Assembly: GCA_965202585.1 (NCBI GenBank)
Contig: CBDBBG010000089.1
Span: 1-64,000 of the forward strand
Length of the DNA: 64,000 bases
Reading direction: 5' to 3'
From: Thalia democratica
Lineage: Eukaryota
The notes beneath the pieces are model-generated. The model was given only the letters and a program-made list of their open reading frames with translations, was not told where the DNA came from and ran no database searches. The first letter of the stretch is position 1, and the number at the start of each line of letters is the position of its first letter. Shown in pieces: positions 12,986 through 25,476 of this stretch. The position numbers were made by a program, and so were the translations under genes.

Positions 12986-15900
12986 AAATCTATGAAAGTA
13001 AAGAAAAAAAGCAATAAAAATTAAAATATTTATTCAGTTTATGATAGCACTTTAAGCAAACTCTCAGAATAACTTACACAAACTTTTATATTAAAATATG
13101 CAAACTTATGATTGAAAAGCAAGTTATAAAAACAAAACATTTTTATGTAAATACAGTTAATTACTTATGTAAATTCTTAGATACGGAAATAGCAAATATT
13201 CTTATATATTGTTTCCTTAATACTAATAGTTTATAAAGATCAGTATACATTAAACTAGTCAACTACGGTGTTTTTTTTGAATAACTATCAAAAAAGAAAC
13301 TTTTTAAAATAAGAATATTGAAGAATTAAGTACAAAATGAACTAGATTTGTTTTTCAATAGTAATACCATTTGTATCATTAATTCATAATGATTAGAACT
13401 TGTAAGTGTTAAAAAACATCATAAAATAATAATAACATACTTATTGGAAAAAAACTAAATGCGAATTTTTGCTGATTATAATTTAGAAAGTACAAAATAT
13501 ATCATTTTTAAAGGTAAATTCTAAGGAAAAGGTAAGTATTTATGTTCTTTAAGCTATTTAAATTGTGTTAAGCTTAACATTATCGATAAATTTATTGAGT
13601 TTTTGTTTTTACTTTAAGGTAGTCAAAGTTTAAGTGTATTTAAGATTTGAACGGTGACATTTAAAAATAAAAACTAAAGTAAACAAAATATGACGTTTAA
13701 AGATTAAAAAAAACAATGTGTTTTTAAGTTTGCTTAATATAAAACTAAGAAATGTTTGTATGATTTCAAAAACAAAGCTAAATCGGAATAAATAAAACAT
13801 TACGCTTCATATCAAACACCAGCAGTAACAAATATTGTACAAAACATTTTACTTATGTTACGTATGGTGACGTCAATAATTATCTAGTGGTGGAAAAGTA
13901 CGGCCCGCCAATCAGAAATCTTCTGACTGTGAAATTTTGTTCAGCTTGATAAAAACCTGCCAAAACATTTAAAGTTAGCATTTAAAGTCATTTTGAGTTT
14001 AATTATCAGTAGAAAGTAGTTTTTGATACTTGAACATTTTATTTAAAATTTTGTTTTAAATATAAGTTTTACTTTTTAAAGTATATTTTTATTAAAGTTA
14101 CGGTGAAGCTAGTGAAGAGTTTTCTTAATTCACTTGACATACAAAAGTAAATTTTGCCAGCTGCCCACAAAATTCCCTAACTTTTATCATAACCGGTGGG
14201 GAGTAATCTCTGTTAATATTTTGAGTCTTTTCGTTACTTAATTGTTACATATCTTATATGTTTTGATATGAGCTATTTATTAAAACAGAGAAAAAAAAGT
14301 TATTGATGTGGCCTGTAGTCATTATGACGTCATCACGCTTCGCCTTACTTAATAATATAGTTTCTTAATGATGTATATAAATTTTATTTTGTTTTTCTTG
14401 CTAAAAAAAAATTACCAATTAAATTTTCGACCCAGTTAAATGTTTATGTTTACGACGCGGTTTATCGAATCATCAGATTAAAGAAAATTCTCTTTTTACA
14501 CCCTACGGTTGTTTTATAACTTTTTATAATTCTATTTATTAGTGATACAATCTAGCGTAAAACATATTTAAAATTAATCGATTTTGAAATATTACCTGCT
14601 GAATCATGAAATCTTAAAGTTACAAAAATATTTCGACCAAGTTGATTTATTTTATATTATGACGTAATCATTGGGTGCGTGCTACACAGAAAAAAAAAAT
14701 TAAAAGTTAACATAACAGAACACGTTTTACTTAAACAAAGTCTATTCATAATAACTTTAAAATACTTTTTACAAACCGGTTACATTACAAACTTTCTATT
14801 TTTACTTGATCCTACAGAACTTATTGATCAAAATAAGTTGAACGCTCCATGTATGCCGCAAACTTCTTTGCGAATCTTGTGATTGTCCTTTGCTATTCCC
14901 TTTTAGACCGTCGATTGCTGCTAGAAAAACCAACCACCGTCGTTTTTTTTTGTCATTACCCTTCTACTAATGAAAGAACTTGTCCATCCTTCGTTTATTT
15001 CATATTGAAGATCTGATCAAAATTTAGTCATATAAAAATTCTAGTATGAAACAATATCAAATAAATGCACTGTTTATTACAGGGGTTGGTAGATTGCTAA
15101 AAGTCGCTAATCAATTATCTTTTAAAAGTTGCTGGCGGGCTGTGCTACATGGAAAAATTCTTTTGCGAGCCGCATTTATTTTAGATAATTGCATAAATCG
15201 TTAAAAAAAATACTATCTCAAACAACAGACTTGATAAAACAATCATTCATAAAGCACTGTGAGTGGCTAATAGTCAAATTTAGAACCTAACTTTAAGTTT
15301 TTGTTACCAAAACGTTTATTTCCATAGTTTTGAAAAGGAAATTTTTAGCTGAAAAACACTATAAGGGTTCATATTAATGCTTTAAGGGCTGAAATTTGCT
15401 AAACACTGGTCTTTTGAAAATTTTAAGCAAAATAATTAAAAACAAATAATTTAAGTCTAAGGTACATTTTAAAATAACTTTTGTTTTGGTGTTTTATGTT
15501 ATCATTAGAACACTTTAATAAAATAGTTTAAATAATCAACAGAATAATATTCTTAAACATGTCTTGATAGTATTTTTAGTTTATTTGATAAATACCTAAA
15601 CGAAATAAACTTTTAGAAGCAAGTTTTAGTATGAACTGTATTTTCATTCTTTTTGTAGTTTTACCAAATTTATTAATAAAAGTGTAATAAGCTTAAAAAG
15701 TTATCTATGTTATAGTAAAACTTAATATTAAAAAAGAACAAAATCTAATTGTACACGTATTTAAATTAACTTTAAAACAATAATTAAAATAGCTTAATTT
15801 AGCTATATGATAGGTTATGGTGATCAAAATCTTCAACTGAAGATAAACTATGTTTATTTTGCTATAACTTTGCTATAATTCAGATTTAATTTTCTAATGT

Positions 15901-18811
15901 TAACACCTAATTTACATTAAATAGGCAACTATATTATTCTATTTATTATATTTCACTTACTTTTAATAAAAAATAATTTATTGTAATATATAACATATTG
16001 TGCATTGAGGTGCTATTATCACTGTTGTATTGCATATTAAAGAAATTGAAATTTATTCGTAAATAAAACACATATTTTTCTATATAGATATTAAGTTTAC
16101 TGTAGTTAGTATAATAAAACTATTTAGTAAGTTTATATTTATACAAGTATAAGTAATTCTATTAAGATTTATATGCTTTTTAAACTGTTAAATTTTGTAT
16201 TATATAAGTAAGTTTTTGAACTGTAACTTCGAATTTATTAAATTTGATGAAATTATTTAATTTTAATGATCAAAAAGATCTGTTTATAGCTGATTACAAA
16301 GTCCTAAGTTAAGGGATTGATTTAGAAAAAAATACAAACCCTGACCAGAATACCACGCTACGCCACTGATAGATACTACTTTAAAGCTTTAAAAAAATTT
16401 ATTTTTCGATATAATTATGTTTCAAAATATTGTTGCAATTGTTACCGTTTTTTTTTTTTCAAAATTCTTAAAATATAAGTCAATATGTTATTAGTTTTTT
16501 TTTTTTAATTTAAGTAGTTTTATGAACACATAGTTATTTTCTTTTTTGCAACCCCTAACCACAATACCACTCGTCATCACTGATGATTACTAAAAAGTAA
16601 AAAAAGGAGTATTTGCTGTATTTTTTACAGCAGTTTTCGCTGCTAAAATTATAAATTTACTCTAAAGTTTACAAAAATAAATTTAATTTAAAAATTCCTA
16701 TCTATATATTTTCTAAATTTTTTAAAGCTATAAACATCGAACTAAAGATACAATATTTTAGCTTTGTTAAACTACAAAATAGTATGAGAAAATCTTTTTT
16801 AAAATAACAGTTTACAATTGCAGTCGATTATTTTACAATCGTAAAGTAGTGAACCACAAAAACCATAAAAATATATAAACACTCAATGTAGCATAACATG
16901 TTTATTCTGTAATTTTCAAAGTTTAATAAATTTAACATCATTTTAGAGAATTATGTTTAAACTCTAAAAAAACATAGTACAGGGGTTTTAACACTGTTCC
17001 ATGTCTACTTTATTTCTAAAATCAAGCTTCAAAGTTGAAACAACAACAAAAACTTTTTTTTTTAATATAAACGTCCTTTACTAACAAAAAAGTTAGCTTA
17101 AAACTTGCATAAAATTCGGCATATAGTTATAATACTATGCAAATACAACAGAAACGATCGCTGAACCGGTCAAAACAGCTCTGCTACAACTTTTCTAAAC
17201 GAATTTCGTAACTCAACAAAAAGTTTGTTAAAAAATTATTAAAATTCACAAAATAATTCAGCTAAAAACTTTACACAATTAGCTTGAAGCGTCATAGCAA
17301 TTTTTAAGAAAGGTTGCCAAAAAGCTGCATGTTAAAATTGTGACGTCACTGAAAAACCACCAGCAAGTTTGCACGCAATTTGTCACCTTGCACAAGTCTA
17401 AAGAAGAATTTTGAGAAGAGGTTTTTTTCGTTACGTCATAATAAATTGATAAAGAGAAAATTGTGACAGCTTGTGTTTGGGAAGGTGAACGTGTTCAAAA
17501 GATTTCTCAATGAGCAGTACCGCATATTAAAAAGTAATTTGTAAATAGTTTGTATGATTTAACACTCATATTATCTTGTTTTAAATCAAAAAAAAAGTTT
17601 GTGTTTCTTTTAGCAACTTTTTGATTATATACATTGTGCTATTTCTGATCATTAAATGAAAGTTGTATATAGAAAACAATGGGACTTTTAAAGTGTTATT
17701 TTTAATAGTATAAAATATACATACTTTAGATATGTAATATAACAATTATATTTTATAAATATTGTAGTAATTTTAAGCTATTTTGGTATAAAACAATAAA
17801 TGCTTGTTTTTTACCGAAGCAGATCTATAAATAAGCAATTAGTTTTGTACTGATTACAACTTTTATTTCTATAAATTACAAGCTTAAACAAATTAGATAG
17901 CTAATAAACACCTAACTGTCCCACAAAACTTATATGAAGTTTAGTTTTTTTTTGTGTTAATGAATCTTAACAAAATTTAAAATAAAATATTACAAACTTC
18001 AACTAAACTATAAATATTCAACTAATAATAAAAATGTATTGTATAACCTAACGAATGTGTGATTTTAAACAAATTGATTCAAAATATTATTGAAATATAC
18101 TATCTACATAAAATACTATCTGTCAGCAACCTTGAGCTAGCTGACATAACTTTATCTATAGACAGTTTTATTAACTTGGTATGAAACTGTTCGTTTACAA
18201 TGGTCATGGCTTTTTGATCAAAAGTTATCTATAAACTTTAATTGTAAGTTGCGGCATGACTTTGTAAACCAAAATTTAATTCACATAAAGTGTTCTTTTA
18301 AACCAGGAGTTTAAAGCTTAAATTTTTATCTAAATAAATATTGTAATAGATATGACATCAATAAGTTTTAAAAATAACCTGCTTTGAAAAAAAATTGTAT
18401 TAGTTTTATTTATCAATTGATATAAAAAAAATAATTTTTTAAAGTTCTTTAGAAAGTATATTTTGCTTTATTATTAGTAAAAAACAGTGTATGACTTTGT
18501 CAAAAAATTTTTGAAAAAATGTTGTTCAAAGTTGCAGTAGTAGCAACGGAATATGATAGTCTTTAGAACAAACTCATTAATATGTTTTGACTTAGTATGA
18601 AAACTATATATATATATATATATACTTCTATTGTATTCTATATATAAAAGCTAAAATAAGAGAGGCTGTCTACAATGAGTTGTAGGTGCCAATGTATATT
18701 GCAATTATATACACGTGTATGATTTAAATTTACTGCTGAAGCCTTAACTCAATACGAAAATATAGTATGAAAAAATATAGAATGTTGCACACTTTTAATT
18801 TATACTCTTCT

Positions 18812-19492
18812 TTAAACAAGTATCCACTGTCTCTTCTCAAAGGTATATCTACAGTTAGGACAAGTCTTATGATCAGCAAACCATCTTTCAATACAATTTT
18901 TACAAAACACGTGCTTTCCAGTGCAGTCGAGACGCACCATAGTCATTCCAACTTCAACATCTTCAAGACAAATCCCACATTCACCAGAGAATGACTCGTC
19001 GGCTTCAAATCGGTCAAATTCCTGGATCCTCTCCAAGCTGAGACCTCTCCTGCGGTTCTGAGCTACACGTGGTACGTTGTTTCCATGCTGCCCACTAGCG
19101 GTTATTTGATTATCGAACAGTTGTATCATCGACTGCATTTCATAGTTCAGTTCGATTTTTTCCTGCATGACGTCAGCCTGCTCCTGCAGCTCCCTTTCAA
19201 ACTGTTCGAGTTTGGCGCAGTCTTGTTCCAAACTTCTGATCACAGACAAATAAGATGATGATGATGATGTCATAAAGGAAAACATACTGTGTGAGTTTTC
19301 GTGAATTTTTCTTCTGTAGTACGCTATACTTGTTTGCTTTTCTATTTTTGTTCTTATGATACGATTTAGATAAAACCTTGTTAGTCGGGGCACAAGGTCC
19401 TCTAGAACGTGCCAGTTGTTGTATGACTCTAAAGTGAACCAATGATTGTAAAGCCGCTGAAGATCACGCTCTATTATAGTTTCAACAGTGAC
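18812..19492 (-). CDS. RING-finger protein (coiled-coil + C-terminal RING with C-x3-H spacing), probable E3 ligase; terminal exon, 5' start unresolved
   Basis: The frame is open upstream of the track GTG to an acceptor ttttcaag| at 19493/19492 (VTVETIIERDLQRLYNHWF...). RING: C-x2-C-x14-C-x3-H-x2-C-x2-C-x10-C-x2-C (CGICLEDVEVGMTMVRLDCTGKHVFCKNCIERWFADHKTCPNC). All eight ligands and the Trp are intact. Confidence 0.88.
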   Translation of the reverse strand, partial: VTVETIIERDLQRLYNHWFTLESYNNWHVLEDLVPRLTRFYLNRIIRTKIEKQTSIAYYRRKIHENSHSMFSFMTSSSSSYLSVIRSLEQDCAKLEQFERELQEQADVMQEKIELNYEMQSMIQLFDNQITASGQHGNNVPRVAQNRRRGLSLERIQEFDRFEADESFSGECGICLEDVEVGMTMVRLDCTGKHVFCKNCIERWFADHKTCPNCRYTFEKRQWILV

Positions 19493-19900
19493 CTTGAAAA
19501 TAAATTTATTAATTGCTTTACTAGACAGTCTAGATATAGAACAAACATCACAAATGAAAAAGTATATCCTTTAATAGTACAATCTTCATTATTTTGTCAT
19601 CATTGAACTAAGTTTCATGTTAATTTTTACAGACAAGCAGTATGACAAACAAATGCGAATAACTGATTTGAAAACTTTAAATAAATATTATAATGTGTCT
19701 AAAGTTTATATCTATCCGTGCTAGAATATCTTTTGATTAGACCGGCTCAAGAAGTAAATAAACAGAAACTTTACACGTACTTTGTTTAAAAACTTGTTTA
19801 AACATCTATCAAAAAAACAAAGAAAACAACGAAGAAAGTCTACAGATCATTAATCTGAACTTTTTTCTGTTGTGAGACAATTTCAATTAATTAATAAATT

Positions 19901-20039
19901 AACATAAAGATTTGATCATACAACTTCGATGTTTAGACCACAAAACTGACTGATGGGCATCATTAAAGCGAAACCTGGTTCTAATTCTACCGTAAGCTTG
20001 TGGTCTGATGATCGAAGTGGTATGATTAGACTTTTATGT
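19901..20039 (+). ncRNA. Long hairpin capped by a degenerate type I hammerhead-like core (candidate)
   Basis: Arms 19901-19942 and 19999-20039 pair (atcatacaacttcgat/atcgaagtggtatgat at 15/16; agaccaca/tgtggtct perfect). The loop holds CTGATG(G)-GC..GC-GAAAC and GTA at 19992-19994. A9 is G and the junction has extra bases. Confidence 0.4.
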
Positions 20040-22834
20040 AAAATACAGCTTGAATTATGAAACTAGAAAGTTCAGATTTAGACTATTTAGATTTTCTCCA
20101 GTGTTTCTTTATATTTTTTTGATAGATCTTTCTAGACGTTTACAAACTTAGTACAAGTAAGATTTGTATTAATTTAATTATAGTTTAAATTCAGTACTTT
20201 AATAATATATCACTAAATTATATAGATTAGTTAATACTAAAAGTTTAGCTAAAATAATAAATATATTATTTAAAAGTAATTTAACTTTAAAATAAGATAT
20301 TTTTCAAACCGTATTACGTGACGTATTACATTTAAACAGTATTACTTATGACTATTTTATTTTACTTGAAGAGGTCGCAATTTTTTATCACCGAAACTTA
20401 GCTGTAAAAAAAATATTTGATTTTCACATCTTTATTTAAACCTTACTACAAAAAAAATTTCAAATAAAGGTGTTGTTTTGTTGTTTTTTTTTTAAACATA
20501 GTCAATCTTTTATTTCTATTTTTTACTTTATTTTTTATAAATCAACTAAAATATCGTTCAGTTAAAATTTTTATCGAAACAAGTTTATTTAATTATTGTA
20601 ATTCTAGTTAACTTTATATTTAGTTGGAATTATATATTTTTTAACAACATTATTTTAGTAAACAAAAAAGTTACTTAAACTAAAATTGTCTAGATGGAAT
20701 TAATATCATGGAAAAAATTAATTTGTAAACAAACTCTTTCTGTTGAACGTGTATTTGAAGTTCTAAAATTTATTGACATTAAGTTTCCCATACTATTCTG
20801 TTTATTTATTTAAAATCTGTTTTAAAATAGAATAATGAAAGTTATTTTAATAAAAAACAGCTTTTATTACATATTGGTTGATGTTAAAATATTTTTAAAT
20901 TCGAAAATATATTTTTACTTTGTTTATAATCTAATTAAATTTATTTGCAACGTTATCAACAGTATCTAAAATATAAGAGCTTAATTAAAACTAGCACTTA
21001 GAAGAGAACGTATTAACCTAATTGCTTGATATATATATTTTAAATATTTTTATATCTGATGAAAGTATGAATAAAGACCATCTAAAAAGAAAAATCTGTT
21101 TAAGTCTATGAGTACTTAAGCTAGAGAGAAATATCCGTTTTAAGTTGATCAATATCTGTTTTAAAAACACTGTTTAAGTTAAAACTATAAAAAAGAACCT
21201 TTCAATGCAAATAAAATCATTTTTAAGTAGTGACCAGCATTTCAATTGTTTGTCTATTATATTGAATAATCATTTATCATTTATATAGCTTATAAAATTC
21301 AATTGCTCTTATTACTGCTTACAAGTTTAATGGTTATTTGAAACAAACGTTTACTATTCACTTTACAAAATAATTACCACAATACAAAAATTTCAATGAA
21401 TACCTAAGTCAAGTTGTTTATTTTCTAACTAGATAGATTGTAAGTTTTTACTCTATTTCAAACTACCAAAATTATATTTTTTGAAGACTATATCATACAT
21501 TGATTTTATAAAAAATATTTATCTTAACTTTATACTATTATTAGGAAAATAAAGCATAACGGCTAGGATGTTTTTTCATTAGTCTTAAATATTATTGATT
21601 GTTGAATACTAGTGTACTTGATAAACTAAACTTTAAATGACTTCTTTTAGTGTAATCGATATTTGGTAAAATTCTTTATACGTAAATATATTTAGTTACC
21701 TAATAGTAATCAATTATTTAAAAGAGTTTGTTTGACTTTTTTTATAAGTTATTTAGGTAGTTAAACTTATAGTACTTATTATTAATGTTATTGCAAAAAT
21801 TTTAAAAAGTCTTTATAATTTTTTCAGAACTGTCTACTTTTCAGCTATTGTAAACTTAATTTAAACTTAGTAATTAAAAATATCTTAATTTAAAATTCCT
21901 CAGAAGTAGCCAAAGCACATAGTTTTAACCTAAGTTTTGCTAATTTACTACAATTATTATTTACTTAGTGTAAGTAATAGTAATTTGTTCACTATTGATA
22001 TAGATTTAGTTAATTTTAGATGCTAACTAATTACACATATTAACTATAGTAGACTCTAATATACTTATTACAACTTTTTACCGCATATTTTTAAAAGCAT
22101 ATCTGAGAAAAATGAACTATAAAAAATTAATTAAGCTATATCTTCGAGCATCAAAACTAAGTATTTAAAAAAAGACAAAAGGCTTAAAAAATAATACTCA
22201 GTATTTTTCTGACAAAGATAAGACTACATATTTAAATGACTTTAAATCCAAGTATTACTTAAAGTCTTAGAGTAAGCTATTTATAATTCTTAAGATACTT
22301 GTACAATTTTGTAGCTATAAGTTTTAAATTTAACATAATACTAGCAACTTTCTAGAAGAATTTTCCATAATACTTAAAAGCAATTATGTTCAAGCACTGT
22401 AAGAAAAGAAATATAAGAGTTTAAAGGTTAGGAATTATGGCAATTATGCTCATTGGAGTACGTAACAAATCTTATTGTCTTACTCTTAATACAATTATTT
22501 TCTTTCTAAGAATATCTAAAATATCTATCGCTCAAATAGATGGAGAAATTGTTATAGACTTGATTGTAAAAGAAAAACGTTGATTAGTTTTGTTCTATAC
22601 TTAGGAAATGTTTGTTTAAGGCATTGATGTTTTGACACATTCGAAAACTGTTTGTAAAATTTTTTTAATTAATTTAAAAAAGATAAAGTCTTTGATTTAC
22701 TTTACTTTAAGATCTTGCTTTTATTTTAAAGATTGAATTAAAAAGTCTTTACAGAAAATTAGAACTTATAACAACAATAATAATTTTTCTCAAAAAACAT
22801 TTTTATAAGAGATAAACTTATTACCCACTTAACT

Positions 22835-23560
22835 GTACAACTATGATAGTTTAGGTCCAAGACAACTAAAATTCTGACATTTAAAGTTCTGTTAGCTTTG
22901 AGTTTTGTGGGCTCTCTTTTTGATAATATTAAGAATTTTTTACCATCATTTTATATATTGTTAAACCTTTATTATTTGAATTGTTTCAAACACACATTTT
23001 TAAAGATGTAACTAAGCAAAGTTTTAAAGTATATAAGAAAATGACCATTTTTAGTGATTATTTATTTTTTCTTTAACAAACTATTTTCAAAGTATGTTTT
23101 TTGGATGATAATGTTTCTTGTTGAACCTTAAGAATATTTCTATTCTTTTATATTTCAAGTAGTATTTTTACGACGCCCTTAAAGCATTTTAATTAACAGA
23201 AATTTAAACTTTCTTAATTTCAAATGTCCTGTAACTGTCAAATAATTGATAAAAAGGTGGCTGAAAAAGTAGCATTGCTTCAGTTTTTGTTTATAGTCAA
23301 TCTGAGTAGCGTGTATGTGAATAAAAACTAATAATATACATGAAAAACATTTCAAACAAATAACAGACTCTGCGGATCTTTATCGTAAACAATCATCTTA
23401 TATTAGGATCAGATACATCTGTAATCAGATTCACATAAATTGTGTTTTGTACATGAAATACTACGTTACCTGAAACAAGAGGCACGAATCAAAAAACCAT
23501 GACACTTGTGGCTGGTGATGATTTTAGATCACTAAATTTGGTTGTTCAAGTTTAACTTTA
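22835..23560 (-). repeat. Dispersed repeat family, copy 3 (inverted)
   Basis: The reverse complement matches ~8040-8770 continuously (e.g. ttacctgaaacaagaggcacgaatc and tagtttaggtccaagacaactaaaattctgaca). Confidence 0.78.
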
Positions 23561-25476
23561 TAATATATTAAAACTACTCCCTTAGTTTGTGTCTTTTGTT
23601 AATTTATGTAAAGGAAATTTTTTAAAAGTCAATTTTTATTTAGCATTAAGACAAATAAATTAAAAAGCTATAAATTGCCTAGCATATAAACAATTTAAAA
23701 CAAATTTTAATTATTATTTGATTAATAAAAGCTAGCTAAGTTAAAATAAGGTTTTATTATGAAAACTGATTAAACATTAAATAATAAATACTTGATTTGT
23801 ATGATAAATTTTTTTGTTATTTTTTAAGTTAAATTTCTTGTGTAATACTCCATTAAACAAAGTTTCGAAAAAAACTACATTTTATATCGGAAAAAGGTTA
23901 ATAGAGTTATATAGAAACATGAAAGTATCAGCAACATAATTTTTTTTAAATTTTGTTTTCAATTTATAGCCGAAAATATAAGCGGTAGCTGTAACAAATT
24001 TATAAACAGACTAATTAAATACTAGTTAAAGTTGATAGTTTTGTTTTTTACTAATGATTGTTTAAACTTGTTAGTCAGTTTTTCCGCTAATTTATTTAAA
24101 TAAACGTTTTGTTTAGTTTAAAATTAAAGAGTAGTATATTTAATACTAATTGAATTAAAAGACAAATGATAAACTATGTAAATTATTCTCAACAGTAGAT
24201 ATTAAAAATATATATATTTTATGCATTATCATTGGCTACTTATCTGTACAATATAATCGGTTGTATTACTTTGAAAAACGAAAAACAAATATATACTGTT
24301 TATTGAACGACAAAAAGCGATACAAAAGTTTGGTCCAAGGTCCTAGTGTACGAAAAAATCTTCTGGTTGTAAAGTCGTACACTACATGCTTTTCAATTTC
24401 TTACGTGCTAAAAAATTATGTTTTTAAATCTGAACTTTTAAACTTTAAGAAATAAAATAATCAATAAAGAATAAATTGAAGAAATAAAAATAAAAATAAA
24501 CGAAAATTAATTAAGTTATTTACTTAAAAAAAAAAAATATTTATGATGTAGTCTTAAACTTGTCTAAACAGATAAAAATAAAAGTACATGCGAAGCCTAA
24601 AACTTAAACTAATAAAACAAGAAGTAGATAACATTTTTAGACTTAAAAAATTTACTTCTATTTTATTTACAAAACAATAAAAACAATACATGAAAATACT
24701 AAAGAATAGAAAATTGTAATTATTTAAAAGAATAAAAAAATTGTAATAAACTGAAATATTTTTACGTTTTTTATCAGTATTTTATGGTAAAAGCTTAATT
24801 TAATTTTTCAATAAATGATTGAAATATTAAAGATGTCTATACATGAATAGACCTTAATATTGCTTATTTTTAAAACTTTTAGTTATTTAGTTTTCAAACA
24901 AAGAACTTATATATATATTTTACTTTATTTTTATTAACTTATATTAAAAGGCTAAGTCTTACTAACTTCGCTTTTTATAAAAAAATTTTTAACATTAAAA
25001 TACTTTATTCAAAATTTGAATTTTTAAATAAATATTTTTCGTTAATAGATATTATTACCAATATATGGTTTTAAAAACTTCAATCTAATTCTAGGTAAGT
25101 TTTAACTGTTTTTTTTTCATTAGTAATAAAAATCTTAGATGTTTAAAATAATTGATATTTTTATTTAGGCTTTGATAATCTGTTGTTTTCTATCAAATTA
25201 TTTCATATATTTTTTATTTTTTTAAAGCATTGTTTCATATAACTAGTTAGTTAAGTTTTAAATTTAAGTTGGTAAAATTATAATTGTGCAAAACTTCCAT
25301 GGCTTATAAATTGAAAAATAGCTGTAGCTGTTAAGTAAGGGTGATGATGTACAAAGGTATGAGATATGTTTTATATTCATAACTGTATTTATTTTCTTAT
25401 GTTAGTTATAAAATATATTTCGTATTTTTTGCTTTAAAAGGTTGCAATCAAAGTTCTCGACTTAAAAAGGAGAATG

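Noticed and set aside
14430-14485. Minus-strand CTGATGA..AAACCGCGTC hammerhead-like string
   Set aside because: No helix II, no GAAA and no helix I pairing.
19390-19492. Shared N-terminal domain between the 18.8-kb and 61.5-kb RING proteins (VTVETIIERD vs IRLETNIVKD)
   Set aside because: The similarity is within chance range by eye; it would need HHalign or structural comparison.
20900-22600. Possible very old hAT transposase relic on the + strand (SLKVRNY..IM..R.TNLIVLL..IDGEIVIDLIVKEKR near 22400-22580)
   Set aside because: Similarity is too fragmentary to support without a profile search.
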